A stretch of 64,000 bases of DNA from a virus (Duplodnaviria > Heunggongvirae > Uroviricota > Caudoviricetes): the IMG/VR virus record IMGVR_UViG_3300028374_000006; one strand, written 5' to 3'. The first letter of the stretch is position 1; each line of letters begins with the position of its first letter. The translations under genes and the position numbers were made by a program. Positions 1 through 9,330 of the stretch are shown one piece after another. Under the pieces are notes generated by a model. The model saw only the letters and a program-made list of their open reading frames with translations. It was not told the origin of the DNA and did no database searches.

Positions 1-11
1 TGGGGGTTTGA

Positions 12-251
12 ATGTCCGATGAATTAGACACATACCGTGAAACGGTTGCGAATATGAAGCTCGGTGTATTAATAGCCGAGCTATTGGATTTACGGCTTGC
101 CCCAGAGCCAGACAGTTCGAAAGAAAAGATCACGCAGGTCCAGAAGGTTAGGGAAGTTACTTTAGAGCTTAACAGGCGAGAAGTGGTAGAAGATGACAAG
201 TCAAGCGAACCTCGTAGAACCAAAATCCGCAGTCTCAAAAACGTCTTTTGA
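12..251 (+). CDS. hypothetical protein (79 aa)
   Basis: ORF in + strand gene array; no recognisable motif. Confidence 0.4.
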   Translation: MSDELDTYRETVANMKLGVLIAELLDLRLAPEPDSSKEKITQVQKVREVTLELNRREVVEDDKSSEPRRTKIRSLKNVF

Positions 252-261
252 CGAGTCTGAT

Positions 262-1302
262 ATGGCTTCAGTTGATACATCGGATCGCTACAGGCGGTTC
301 GATGAATTTTTTTCGGATTGCCCCGAAGACTTGAAGGTGTGTATTGTGATGCAACACACACCGGATCCCGATGCCATTGGTAGCGCTCTAGGTTTGGGTT
401 GGTTGTTGGAGTGCAAATATGGACTGATGAGTGACATTTATTACGCGGGCCAGATTTCCCATGCCCAGAATCAGACGGAAGTCAACGTCCTCAATGTGCA
501 GATGAAACAGCGAGACGACTTTGACCCCACCAAGTATTCGACCTATGTGACGGTAGATACGGTACCGCAAAACACGGGTTTCGAAGACTTGATCGACGAA
601 TGGCATTGCGTATTTGACCACCACCAGTTTGAATTGGATCTCCCCGTTACGGATATTCGTGCGTGCGGTGCTTGTTCATCGATCATCTGGGATTACATCC
701 GGGAATTCGAGATGGACTTTTCGACCGAAAGGGGCGCTGTCGTAGCTACCGCCCTCTTGTTCGGGATCGTAAATGATACCCACCAATTTGGTGACGACAA
801 CGTAAGTAATCTGGATCGGGATGCGTGGGCGGCCCTCCACCCGTACATCGACACGAAAAAGTATCGTGATATTCTGGACCACCCCTTGCCACCTTACCTG
901 TTCAAGCTGAGGGCCTTGGCCGCCGAGAACATGGTGTCGGAAGCGTCTATTTTGATTTCCTATCTGGGGATTCTATCCGACAAGCGGCGTGACGCACTTC
1001 CGATTATTTCGGATGAGTTCTTGCGCATGGAGGGTGTGGAAACGGTTGTGGTGTTCGCTATGATTGACGGGTGCATTCAGGCGTCCGTTCGTAGCCGCAA
1101 CAGTTCGGTAAACGTCCACACGTTCTGTCAGAAGGTCTTCGGACCCGATGTAGCAGGCGGCAAGCAGGGGGCCGGTGGAGCCAAAGTGCCTATCGGATTC
1201 CTTTACTCTCCCGACGACGATGATGAGCTTCGCGAAAAGCTCAGTGGGTTCGTCAAAGATACCTTGACCAAGCGTATCATCCGCCACCTTTCCGGTGCCT
1301 AA
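262..1302 (+). CDS. DHH-family phosphoesterase (NrnA/RecJ-like nanoRNase/pAp phosphatase)
   Basis: Has 'HTPDPDAIGS' and 'FDHHQFE' DHH motifs and a C-terminal Gly-rich 'GGKQGAGGAKVP' (DHHA1 GGGH-like). An alternative upstream start at 193 is possible. Confidence 0.75.
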   Translation: MASVDTSDRYRRFDEFFSDCPEDLKVCIVMQHTPDPDAIGSALGLGWLLECKYGLMSDIYYAGQISHAQNQTEVNVLNVQMKQRDDFDPTKYSTYVTVDTVPQNTGFEDLIDEWHCVFDHHQFELDLPVTDIRACGACSSIIWDYIREFEMDFSTERGAVVATALLFGIVNDTHQFGDDNVSNLDRDAWAALHPYIDTKKYRDILDHPLPPYLFKLRALAAENMVSEASILISYLGILSDKRRDALPIISDEFLRMEGVETVVVFAMIDGCIQASVRSRNSSVNVHTFCQKVFGPDVAGGKQGAGGAKVPIGFLYSPDDDDELREKLSGFVKDTLTKRIIRHLSGA

Positions 1303-1387
1303 GCCGGTTTGACGTTTTCCTTTAGATGGGGTAGGGTCACTACGTATTAGAGCGTAGCGCTACGACCCACTCCGTCTAGAGGAAACG

Positions 1388-2080
1388 ATGATTCGTAACC
1401 ATTTTCTTGACCACCCTTATGCTGTAGTGGCTGCCAAGGCGCTGGGTTTAGAATTTTACAGTGCGGACCAAATCCGGTCGGTGTCTTTTTTCGATGAAGT
1501 CGAAGAAGGTGATTGGTTTTTGCAGTACCGAAGGCCGGGTTTGAGTGTGGCGGGACACCGGTATAAGGATGAGGATCGAAACCAATTACCGCCGGTCATC
1601 CGTCATTTTGACCTTGACTACGGGGATATTGGTTTTTTGCCTCAGAGTAAGCGCTGTAGCACAGCTTTCCGGGTCCTTCACGTCAGCGAGCTTTTCAACG
1701 TCAATGAGCACCGGTCTTTTTTCGAGGCGGAGTCGCTTTATAGTAGACCTAGTGGTTGGGGTTTCAAACCGAATCCTTCGATGGGTTACGATACCAAATG
1801 GTATGACAAAAAGGAGTATGCGGGGGGAAGCCATAAGAGGCGTAATTTCACCCTCAAGCCTGACGGCGATCATTACGGTATCATCGGGAAGTTTAAGGAC
1901 GGCCTCGACAACCATTTTTCGAGTTTCGGGTATGTGGTAAATCCTGCAGGGGGCAATGGTGAATTTCATGCTCTTTTCAGGGCGTTACAGTCCAATGAAC
2001 CGTTCCGACCTTCGGTGGTGGGGGCCGTGGAAAAGTGGACTGAGGAACTTGGTATTGATCTAGGTGAGGCGTTGGAATGA
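1388..2080 (+). CDS. hypothetical protein, tandem paralog A (N-term MIRNHFLDHPYA)
   Basis: 230-aa ORF. Its N-terminus resembles the next ORF (MIxNHxxxxYAxxxAxKxLxxEF). Stop overlaps the next start. Confidence 0.55.
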   Translation: MIRNHFLDHPYAVVAAKALGLEFYSADQIRSVSFFDEVEEGDWFLQYRRPGLSVAGHRYKDEDRNQLPPVIRHFDLDYGDIGFLPQSKRCSTAFRVLHVSELFNVNEHRSFFEAESLYSRPSGWGFKPNPSMGYDTKWYDKKEYAGGSHKRRNFTLKPDGDHYGIIGKFKDGLDNHFSSFGYVVNPAGGNGEFHALFRALQSNEPFRPSVVGAVEKWTEELGIDLGEALE

Positions 2081-2739
2081 TTACGAACCACCTTGATTAT
2101 AGGTACGCGGCGCACATGGCTTTGAAACTCCTGAAAATCGAGTTTTGGCCTTACCATTCAAAGTTGCGCTATTGCCGATTTGAGTCCGACCTGAAAATAG
2201 GCGACCAGCTTTTGTATATGCGGCGGCCTAATTCGAAGAACCCTTCGGAATTCACCCCGGAAGAATGTAAACAGATAGCGCCTTTTTTCTTGATGCAAAC
2301 CAAAGGTGAAATGCCCTCCCGGTTATGGCGTGCGGCCTATTACCCTTCGAACTATCGAATTTCAACGTTCGGTGTCCGAATCGGGGATGTGTATTCTTTA
2401 CGTGAGCCGGGCCACCACGCAACCAGTGTTCGCAGCCGGGTAAGTTACCCGAAGAAATGGGCGTATGCAGACCGCAAAAAGCCACATGATCGCACTGATT
2501 TTTGCGAGTCCAAGTGGATAGATGCTTGGGACAAAGAGGATACGTATTGGCGCTGTAACCGAGCACTGACAGTGAACCGTGAATGTCCGGGCGTCGTGGG
2601 AAAAGTCAATGCGGATCTGGAAGCTATCGGACAAAAGGATACGTACAATCTATTACGGGCTTTGTTGCCGCAGTTTAGTCAGCGCCCTTTCGTGCATAAG
2701 ACAATCGAAAAACTAGTCAATTCGGGATTTTTGGAGTAG
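2077..2739 (+). CDS. hypothetical protein, tandem paralog B (N-term MITNHLDYRYA)
   Basis: 220-aa ORF, ATGA overlap with upstream paralog. Confidence 0.55.
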   Translation: MITNHLDYRYAAHMALKLLKIEFWPYHSKLRYCRFESDLKIGDQLLYMRRPNSKNPSEFTPEECKQIAPFFLMQTKGEMPSRLWRAAYYPSNYRISTFGVRIGDVYSLREPGHHATSVRSRVSYPKKWAYADRKKPHDRTDFCESKWIDAWDKEDTYWRCNRALTVNRECPGVVGKVNADLEAIGQKDTYNLLRALLPQFSQRPFVHKTIEKLVNSGFLE

Positions 2740-2741
2740 GT

Positions 2742-3542
2742 ATGAAATTTACATTTTTAGGTACGGGTGGCGCGTTCAGCCGGTCACACGAAAATTTTCA
2801 CAACAACGTCTTGATCCAAACGGATTCGGGCAAAAAACTGTTGATTGATTGCGGGGGCACGGCCCTCGAAAGTTTAGATGAACTTGGGGTTGATCCTCTT
2901 GATATCGACGGGGTGATCGTAACACATGTCCATGCAGATCACGTAGGCGGTCTTGAAGAATTAGGGTTCCGAGGCTTGTTCCTCGGTCCCAAGCAAAAGT
3001 TTGATATGTACGTACCGAACTTGCTGGTGCCCTCCAGAGCCGTCGTAGGTTACGATAGCGATGTTTACCCGGACCTCTGGCACAATTGCCTTAAAGGCGG
3101 TATGGTACACATTCAGGACGCCGAAGGCAACGCGGTACAGGCCGATATGGACACGTATTTCAATGTCCACGTCTCCGAGTCCCCCAAGGATCCGATAAAG
3201 GTGGGAGGTATCAAGTTCATCTTTGTGAAGACGAACCACGTACCAAATAAAACCTCTTATGGCCTTGTATTGGAATCAGAGACGGGTACTACGGTGTTCT
3301 TCTCAGCGGACTCTACATCGGAACGGACAGTCGATCTTGAAGCCTTCGATATAGTGTTCCACGACTGTATGTTTATGCCGCGTTATCCGGCCACGGTCCA
3401 CACCCATTTCGAAGAGATGGTGGATTTGCCTGAGTCCGTTCGCAAAAGAACGTACTTGATGCATTACGGAAATCCTGATAACGCTCCCGAGGACTTACAG
3501 GGAATGCGTCTAGCGCGAAAGCACCAGACGTTCGAACTGTAA
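2742..3542 (+). CDS. metallo-beta-lactamase-fold hydrolase (RNase Z/BN-like)
   Basis: 'FLGTGGAF', 'IDCGG' and 'VTHVHADHVGG' (HxHxDH) motifs. Confidence 0.8.
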   Translation: MKFTFLGTGGAFSRSHENFHNNVLIQTDSGKKLLIDCGGTALESLDELGVDPLDIDGVIVTHVHADHVGGLEELGFRGLFLGPKQKFDMYVPNLLVPSRAVVGYDSDVYPDLWHNCLKGGMVHIQDAEGNAVQADMDTYFNVHVSESPKDPIKVGGIKFIFVKTNHVPNKTSYGLVLESETGTTVFFSADSTSERTVDLEAFDIVFHDCMFMPRYPATVHTHFEEMVDLPESVRKRTYLMHYGNPDNAPEDLQGMRLARKHQTFEL

Positions 3543-3719
3543 TTTACTTTTACGCGCTCCTTACTAGGAGATGCATGATGCGCAACACGAGATATGCGGC
3601 GATGAAAACGATAACCGTTACGGGTGCAGAAAGAGTCAATGTCGGAGCCAGTCAAAAGGGGCTCATTTACAACCGCGACAGTTACAGTAAGACGTAACAT
3701 TGATCTAAAGGGTAGGAAC

Positions 3720-4259
3720 ATGGATACCTTATTGCTAAATGCTGATTACAAGCCTAAAGCCGTCGTGAAATGGCAAAAGGCGATCGAATACAAACTGCGA
3801 GACGTGGTGTACGTCTTGGCGGAATATGACGAATGGCTGGTACGCAGCGCATCCGCAGCATTTACGGTTCCTGCCATCCTCATGCTCAAGCAGTATGTGC
3901 ATCGTCATAGACGGGTGAATTTTTGCCGGACGAACCTTTACATCCGGGATAATTTCACCTGTCAGTATTGCGGCGACTGTGTAAAGAATGGCGATCTGAG
4001 GGTGCGTGATTTGACTTTCGACCACGTACTCCCCCGGTCCCGTGGTGGCTTGACGACGTGGCAAAACATTGTGGCTGCGTGCCGGACATGCAACCGGGTC
4101 AAAGGCGACTTGTTGCCCAAAGAGGCTAAGATGCCTCTGTTGCAAAAGCCTTACGAGCCGAGCAACCTCAACAACATTGAGTTCGGCCTCATCGGGCGTG
4201 AAGTCCCCGAAATCTGGAAAGATTTCCTGACGGACGACGCTTTATCTTTGACCGCCTGA
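3720..4259 (+). CDS. HNH endonuclease (McrA-like)
   Basis: 'CQYCGD...FDHVLPRSRGG...CRTCNRVKGD' HNH/Zn motif. ATG at 3720 is preceded by a GGTAGG RBS-like sequence; the ORF-track start at 3624 is probably too long. Confidence 0.8.
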   Translation: MDTLLLNADYKPKAVVKWQKAIEYKLRDVVYVLAEYDEWLVRSASAAFTVPAILMLKQYVHRHRRVNFCRTNLYIRDNFTCQYCGDCVKNGDLRVRDLTFDHVLPRSRGGLTTWQNIVAACRTCNRVKGDLLPKEAKMPLLQKPYEPSNLNNIEFGLIGREVPEIWKDFLTDDALSLTA

Positions 4260-4285
4260 TCCTTATACGTTCTATACCGAGAAAA

Positions 4286-4317
4286 GCCCGGCCTTCAAAC
4301 GCCGGGCTTTTTGTTTT
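4286..4317 (+). terminator. rho-independent terminator (GCCCGGC-loop-GCCGGGC + TTTTTGTTTT)
   Basis: Perfect 7-bp GC stem followed by a T-run, directly after the HNH gene. Confidence 0.7.
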
Positions 4318-4361
4318 CCTTTTGTACTCCGTGGGCACAGAACCTCAAGGAGGCTTTCCCG

Positions 4362-5399
4362 ATGCTCATGATAGGCGAAATCACATACCTTTATTTTCTC
4401 GTCATAGACGGGAAAGTTGAGTTGCTAGAGGCCCGACCAGACCGCCTCGAAGATCCAGCTTCGGTTTATCTAAGCCGCTTGAACACCGAATACAAACTGG
4501 CTCCCAATTGGGAAGCGGTAGGCGCACAGACGGCAATCATCAACCGTGAAGATTTGGCGGAAATGCAATTGGCGATCCCTTTTGAGCCCCTGTACGATAT
4601 CAAGGTGATGCTCATGGACAAGACCCGTGATCATTCGCGGGATATGTACGGGCGAACGATGTTCAACGAGTTCGAGTTGCAGGCGTGGAAACACGGTGAA
4701 TCGGTAGGCGTCGTGACGTTAGGACGAGATGAAAACGCACAATGGGTAACAAAGGAGTCCCCTGTGAATCGCGCTGTAAATGCTAGATCGACGCCGCTTG
4801 GTATTCCGGGTGGCCCTTGCCATATCATCCGCAACATCGAAGAAGAGCGTCTCCCTGACAGGATCAAGGGTGAGCTGATTGAGGATATTCAGAGGGGTAA
4901 GGAGCTGTCGAATGCACAGGCAGACAAAATCTACGACCCCAAGAAGATCCCCACCAAAATTGACTTGTTCAGCCAGTTGGAACTGACGGCCCACTCTCAG
5001 TACCGGATGGATCAGCGTGGTATTACCGTACCCGAGATGCAAAAGGCTTTGGACGAGTTTAGCCGGTGGTACGCTGCTCGAAAGCGTGACGCCCAGAACA
5101 TGAAGCCCAAAGCACGCAAGATTTTTGAACAGCTAGCCTATGGCGAGCCAGTCCGTTTCGACGCTCGTAAGATAGGTTTGACCGTTGTGTTTGTGGTGGA
5201 CAATAGATCTGCCCGGCTCGTAACGACGTGGTGGACAGATGTACCTAACCCTGCCAAACCGAAGCCCGGACAGTGTGACTTTGTTGAGTATTTGGACAGA
5301 GATAGAGAATTTGAGAGGCCTAAAATTTTAGGGTCTTTGGGCGTGGAGGGTGTCCGTCACTTCCATGCTAAGGTCAGAGGGTTGCTAGGTTATGAGTGA
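4362..5399 (+). CDS. hypothetical protein with DUF4258-like C-terminal segment
   Basis: AAGGAGG RBS 8 nt before ATG 4362. 'HSQYRMDQRGITVPEMQKAL...VVFVVDN' resembles the DUF4258 (RelE-fold) motif HxxxRMxERGI. Confidence 0.5.
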   Translation: MLMIGEITYLYFLVIDGKVELLEARPDRLEDPASVYLSRLNTEYKLAPNWEAVGAQTAIINREDLAEMQLAIPFEPLYDIKVMLMDKTRDHSRDMYGRTMFNEFELQAWKHGESVGVVTLGRDENAQWVTKESPVNRAVNARSTPLGIPGGPCHIIRNIEEERLPDRIKGELIEDIQRGKELSNAQADKIYDPKKIPTKIDLFSQLELTAHSQYRMDQRGITVPEMQKALDEFSRWYAARKRDAQNMKPKARKIFEQLAYGEPVRFDARKIGLTVVFVVDNRSARLVTTWWTDVPNPAKPKPGQCDFVEYLDRDREFERPKILGSLGVEGVRHFHAKVRGLLGYE

Positions 5400-6084
5400 C
5401 CCGAAGTACAGAAATGCAGGTTGGCTGCGTGAGCAGTATATGGATAAAGGGCTCTCCACTACCAAGATTGGGTCAATATGTGGTGTAGCTGCTAGAACCA
5501 TCTCCACATGGTTGAAGCGGCATGATATACCTGCCCGGCCTTCTCTCGCAGCAGCCTCTAAGTTGCCTATTGAAGAGCATCCCTTGTATAAGGGCGGGAA
5601 ACACACAGACGCAGATTGGTTGCGAGAAAAATATTTAAGTGAGCGTCTTAGTATTCAGGCCATTGCAGATGAAGCCGGAAGTAGTACCACTACCGTCCAC
5701 CGATGGTTAAAACGGCATAATATACCACGTAGACCTCCTTTAGGTGAGCTATCCGGGCCAGACCATCCCCAATATATTGATGGACGTAGCCATATTTGGG
5801 ATTCGGTTCGTAATATGCCGGAGTATTCTGAGTGGAGATCTTCGATATTTGAGAGGGACGACTGGACGTGCCAGAACTGTGGAGTCCGAGGTGGGGATCT
5901 TCAAGCAGATCATATCATCCCCTTGTCTCACCTGCTACGCACCTCTGGTGTGGCTTGTGTGGAAGATGCTCGTAATACACCGGAGGTTTGGGATCTAAGC
6001 AATGGTCGTACACTATGCGTGGGTTGCCATCGTTCAACTGACACTTTTGGGGCAAAAGCCCTTACCTTTGAGGAGAAAATATGA
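5392..6084 (+). CDS. HNH homing-endonuclease-like protein with two tandem HTH modules
   Basis: Two ~43-aa repeats (NAGWLREQYMDKGLSTTKIGSICGVAARTISTWLKRHDIP / DADWLREKYLSERLSIQAIADEAGSSTTTVHRWLKRHNIP), then 'CQNCGV...ADHIIP...CVGCH' HNH. Confidence 0.8.
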   Translation: MSDPKYRNAGWLREQYMDKGLSTTKIGSICGVAARTISTWLKRHDIPARPSLAAASKLPIEEHPLYKGGKHTDADWLREKYLSERLSIQAIADEAGSSTTTVHRWLKRHNIPRRPPLGELSGPDHPQYIDGRSHIWDSVRNMPEYSEWRSSIFERDDWTCQNCGVRGGDLQADHIIPLSHLLRTSGVACVEDARNTPEVWDLSNGRTLCVGCHRSTDTFGAKALTFEEKI

Positions 6085-6611
6085 TTGATCTAGTACGTAC
6101 AGCGTCACAACTTTACTCGCATGTTGAAGATCTCTACCGTAGTGCCTCTTGTGGCTGCGGTGGTGATTGCGGCGGCGACTGTGACGGCAATTGCGACGAT
6201 TGCTCGTGTAAAGACAGTAGCTTTTCGGTAAGCGAAGAGCCGATGATTTTGCCTGATGATTGGGATGAGGCACAAGAAGATGATTTCCTCTATGCCGAAG
6301 CGCCTCTTAGTGATCCGGGCAGCCGGTACGAAGATTCGGTCGAAGACGAGTATATGGACTTCACGATTTTGACTGAAGAGCAAGAGGAAGATTTCGATGC
6401 GGGCGTCGATGCGTTAAGCAAAGGTCGTAAATACCACGACCGCAAGCCGGTCAAAAACAGGTCGGAGAATCGCGAAAGGCGACGGGATTACGAGCGCAAC
6501 CCCGGAAAAAAGCGCCAAAAACAAATACGACCGTGGCCGTGGGAAATCGGTAAGCAAGCGGTGGTACGAAAAGAACAAGCACAAGCCCAAGCTGAGGAAC
6601 CCTTCTCTTGA
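6081..6611 (+). CDS. Cys-rich / acidic / basic-tailed protein
   Basis: 'CGCGGDCGGDCDGNCDDCSC' cluster, an acidic middle, and a K/R-rich C-terminus. Confidence 0.5.
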   Translation: MIDLVRTASQLYSHVEDLYRSASCGCGGDCGGDCDGNCDDCSCKDSSFSVSEEPMILPDDWDEAQEDDFLYAEAPLSDPGSRYEDSVEDEYMDFTILTEEQEEDFDAGVDALSKGRKYHDRKPVKNRSENRERRRDYERNPGKKRQKQIRPWPWEIGKQAVVRKEQAQAQAEEPFS

Positions 6612-6680
6612 CGATTGACGGACCCCGAGGGATAGGGTACCATACGTAACGTTGAACGTTACCCCTACGAGACGATACGT

Positions 6681-7559
6681 ATGGCTATCCCCCTTAAAAG
6701 CTCGCTTGAGCGGGGCCTACCAATATCACTATCCCGCTGGACTGATGTAGCTCACTGGTACATGCCGTGGCTGCAGGATATGATGACTGTCAAGGGTGTT
6801 ATCCCGGCGACAGACCCGAAATCCCTTTCTCTTTCGTTCTGGAAAGCGGACCCGGACGAAATCCATTCGCTATTTTTCTGGACCAAATACCCGCCCAAAC
6901 TGACGTCGGCGATGCAGACGTGGCTTGCGCCCTATCGTGTGTTTACGGCGGTGACTATCACGGGATGGCACGAGGTCGAAACCCGCGTACCGCCCCTGAA
7001 AGAGCAACTAGAAGCCTTTGGCAACCATATCGAATTGGTTGGCCCTGAAAAGGTACGTTGGCGGTACAGCCCGATTCCTAACGACTTTGGCTATCAAAAC
7101 ACGGCAGGCAAGGTGCGTCGGAAAAAGTTCACCACCCTGTGCCAGTGGATGAAGTTGTACGGGATCGACGAGGTGGATATCAGCCTCCTACAGCCTAGTC
7201 CGCATTGGGATAAGGGCTACGCCCACGACGCTATCCCCGACGAAGAAGAAGCCCGCGCCGACGTGGTAAGGCGCTTGGTCGGTATGGCGAAGTTCCACGG
7301 CATTCGTGTGGGCACTTGTGCCGACGACTTGCGACTGCTGAAAACCCTCGACGCAGGACTGGCTGAGAACGCCTTTGAGACACGTTGTCTGGACAGAGGC
7401 ACCCTTGACCGGGTTTTCGGGATGGACACGCCACAGATAGACGAGAACGGTTGTGGGTGCCAGCTTTCGCTTGACCCCTGCCAAGGTAAACAGTTCGGGT
7501 GCGCTTCGGGTTGCGAATATTGCTACGTACCATTTACAAAGGTACCAAAAGACGCTTGA
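6681..7559 (+). CDS. hypothetical protein with C-terminal Cys cluster (CxxxCxxC)
   Basis: 'CGCQLSLDPCQGKQFGCASGCEYCY' at the C-terminus; CASGCEYC matches the CxxxCxxC spacing of 4Fe-4S/radical-SAM sites but sits atypically at the C-terminal end. Confidence 0.5.
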   Translation: MAIPLKSSLERGLPISLSRWTDVAHWYMPWLQDMMTVKGVIPATDPKSLSLSFWKADPDEIHSLFFWTKYPPKLTSAMQTWLAPYRVFTAVTITGWHEVETRVPPLKEQLEAFGNHIELVGPEKVRWRYSPIPNDFGYQNTAGKVRRKKFTTLCQWMKLYGIDEVDISLLQPSPHWDKGYAHDAIPDEEEARADVVRRLVGMAKFHGIRVGTCADDLRLLKTLDAGLAENAFETRCLDRGTLDRVFGMDTPQIDENGCGCQLSLDPCQGKQFGCASGCEYCYVPFTKVPKDA

Positions 7560-7627
7560 AATCTTAGGGGTCGGGCTATATAGTCTTACGTAACTATTGG
7601 CTCGTGATCAAATCCCTGAGGATGTAA

Positions 7628-9010
7628 ATGAGCGACAACCCGTTTGAGGATATCGGGCCGGGTGCAGCACCCCCCGATGATCTCCCGGAAGACGGCGCTG
7701 TCAAGGAAGCCGTCAAGAAAGCCCGTGATTTCTACAACAAGAAAGAGGTCAAGGATACTATTCGCAAGGCCGAGCGCCTTTTCAAAGTAGCAAAGGGAGT
7801 CAAACCAAGTAATCCGTTTTCGATTGCCCACGCTGTCGCTAAGACGGCGGAGGTTTTCTACGAGTTCGATAAGGTCACGACACCAGCGGCTCTAAAGAAG
7901 TTCAATGCTCTCAAGGAAAAGGGCCATGAGCTTACGACCGATGATGTGTCGCACCTTTTCGTGCAGTTGTTCGACCCTGAACGCATCGAAGAATTAGAGT
8001 CTTCCGATGGGGACCAGAAACGCAAAGGCCCCACCCTGTACCGTTATGTCTTTACCGTGAAGGACGAGGATGAGGTAAAATACATCCCCGTCTATTGGTA
8101 TAGTGACGGTATGGAGTATACGGAGATCATTTGCTCCAAAGATTTCGACAAGGCGCATGTCAAGAAGGTGTTGGCTCGTGTGTTGTGGAAAAAACATGGC
8201 ACCCAAGTAGAGATGCTGTGGGGTCAAAACCGCGAATTTTCTTTCCGTAAGAAACCCGATCACCCGTGGCGTTACGAAGGTGAGTTCGGGGTTACGCTGA
8301 TTGAGCGCTGGAAAAAGGCGTTCGAATTGGATATTCGACGGTTCATCATCCTTCACGGTCCTCCCGGAACCGGCAAGAGTACTCTGGCCCGCCAGCTTGG
8401 GGTAGATATTGGGGCCAACGTGCTTTACGTCCCTATCGACACGATTATCGAGGCCAATTCGGTGAAGTATTTCGCCGACGCTTTGGAAATCGTACAGCCA
8501 GATGTTGTGATCATTGACGACATCGACCGCATGAAGTCCAACCTCGAACGGCTTTTGTCGCTGTTTGAAGAGACGGAAAACCACGTTCCGCTGTTACTGG
8601 CGACGACCAACCACCTCGACCGACTGCCGGATGCGATTAAGCGACCGGGCCGGTTCGATGAGATTTGGGAAATTGCCCCGCCGCCCCCGGAAGTTCGTGG
8701 CCGCGTGATTCAGTATCTTGCAGGACTTGAAGGCGTGGAGCTTACGGAAGGCCAGTTGGAAGTGATTTCCAATATTAGCGGTGATAAGAAGCTGTCCGGT
8801 GCCCACATTCGCGAGATTATTCGTCGGGTGGTTATGGGTGATGTGGGCGATGATTGGGATAGCATTGAATTCGACCCGAGGGATCTCACCTTTTCCGACC
8901 AGTGGCGTCCTTCCCAATACCGTCCCGAGGGGTTGAGCGTCCATTCTATTGACCAACGGGATGGGAGTCCCCATTTCGATGAGATGGACGGCGACGAGGA
9001 GGACTTTTAA
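7628..9010 (+). CDS. AAA+ ATPase (classic-clade AAA)
   Basis: Walker A 'GPPGTGKST', Walker B 'VVIIDDID', and 'RPGRFD' second region of homology. Confidence 0.85.
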   Translation: MSDNPFEDIGPGAAPPDDLPEDGAVKEAVKKARDFYNKKEVKDTIRKAERLFKVAKGVKPSNPFSIAHAVAKTAEVFYEFDKVTTPAALKKFNALKEKGHELTTDDVSHLFVQLFDPERIEELESSDGDQKRKGPTLYRYVFTVKDEDEVKYIPVYWYSDGMEYTEIICSKDFDKAHVKKVLARVLWKKHGTQVEMLWGQNREFSFRKKPDHPWRYEGEFGVTLIERWKKAFELDIRRFIILHGPPGTGKSTLARQLGVDIGANVLYVPIDTIIEANSVKYFADALEIVQPDVVIIDDIDRMKSNLERLLSLFEETENHVPLLLATTNHLDRLPDAIKRPGRFDEIWEIAPPPPEVRGRVIQYLAGLEGVELTEGQLEVISNISGDKKLSGAHIREIIRRVVMGDVGDDWDSIEFDPRDLTFSDQWRPSQYRPEGLSVHSIDQRDGSPHFDEMDGDEEDF

Positions 9011-9330
9011 TGGCGGAAAAGAAACACCAGCTAGGTTGCTATTGGTATTCGCAAGGCAAGTGTCAGTTGTACACGATGCCCGAAGAGATGCTGTTTTCGA
9101 TTCTTACCCGTGTCCCAGCGGCGCGGGACTCCATCGTTGAATGTGGACTGAAATGCCCGGAGGTGGATGATGTGTTCATCAAGTTCGCCAGCAACCCGGA
9201 CACGATGGTCAAAGACCAGACCATCGCCAATCAGGAATTGATGGATAAGATCAACCGGTACAATGATGCACAACGGTTGGCGGAAGCTAACCCGACCACG
9301 CCAAAAGATCCTGACGCCGAGGACGAGTAA
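9010..9330 (+). CDS. hypothetical protein
   Basis: ORF with ATGA overlap to the upstream gene. Confidence 0.5.
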   Translation: MAEKKHQLGCYWYSQGKCQLYTMPEEMLFSILTRVPAARDSIVECGLKCPEVDDVFIKFASNPDTMVKDQTIANQELMDKINRYNDAQRLAEANPTTPKDPDAEDE

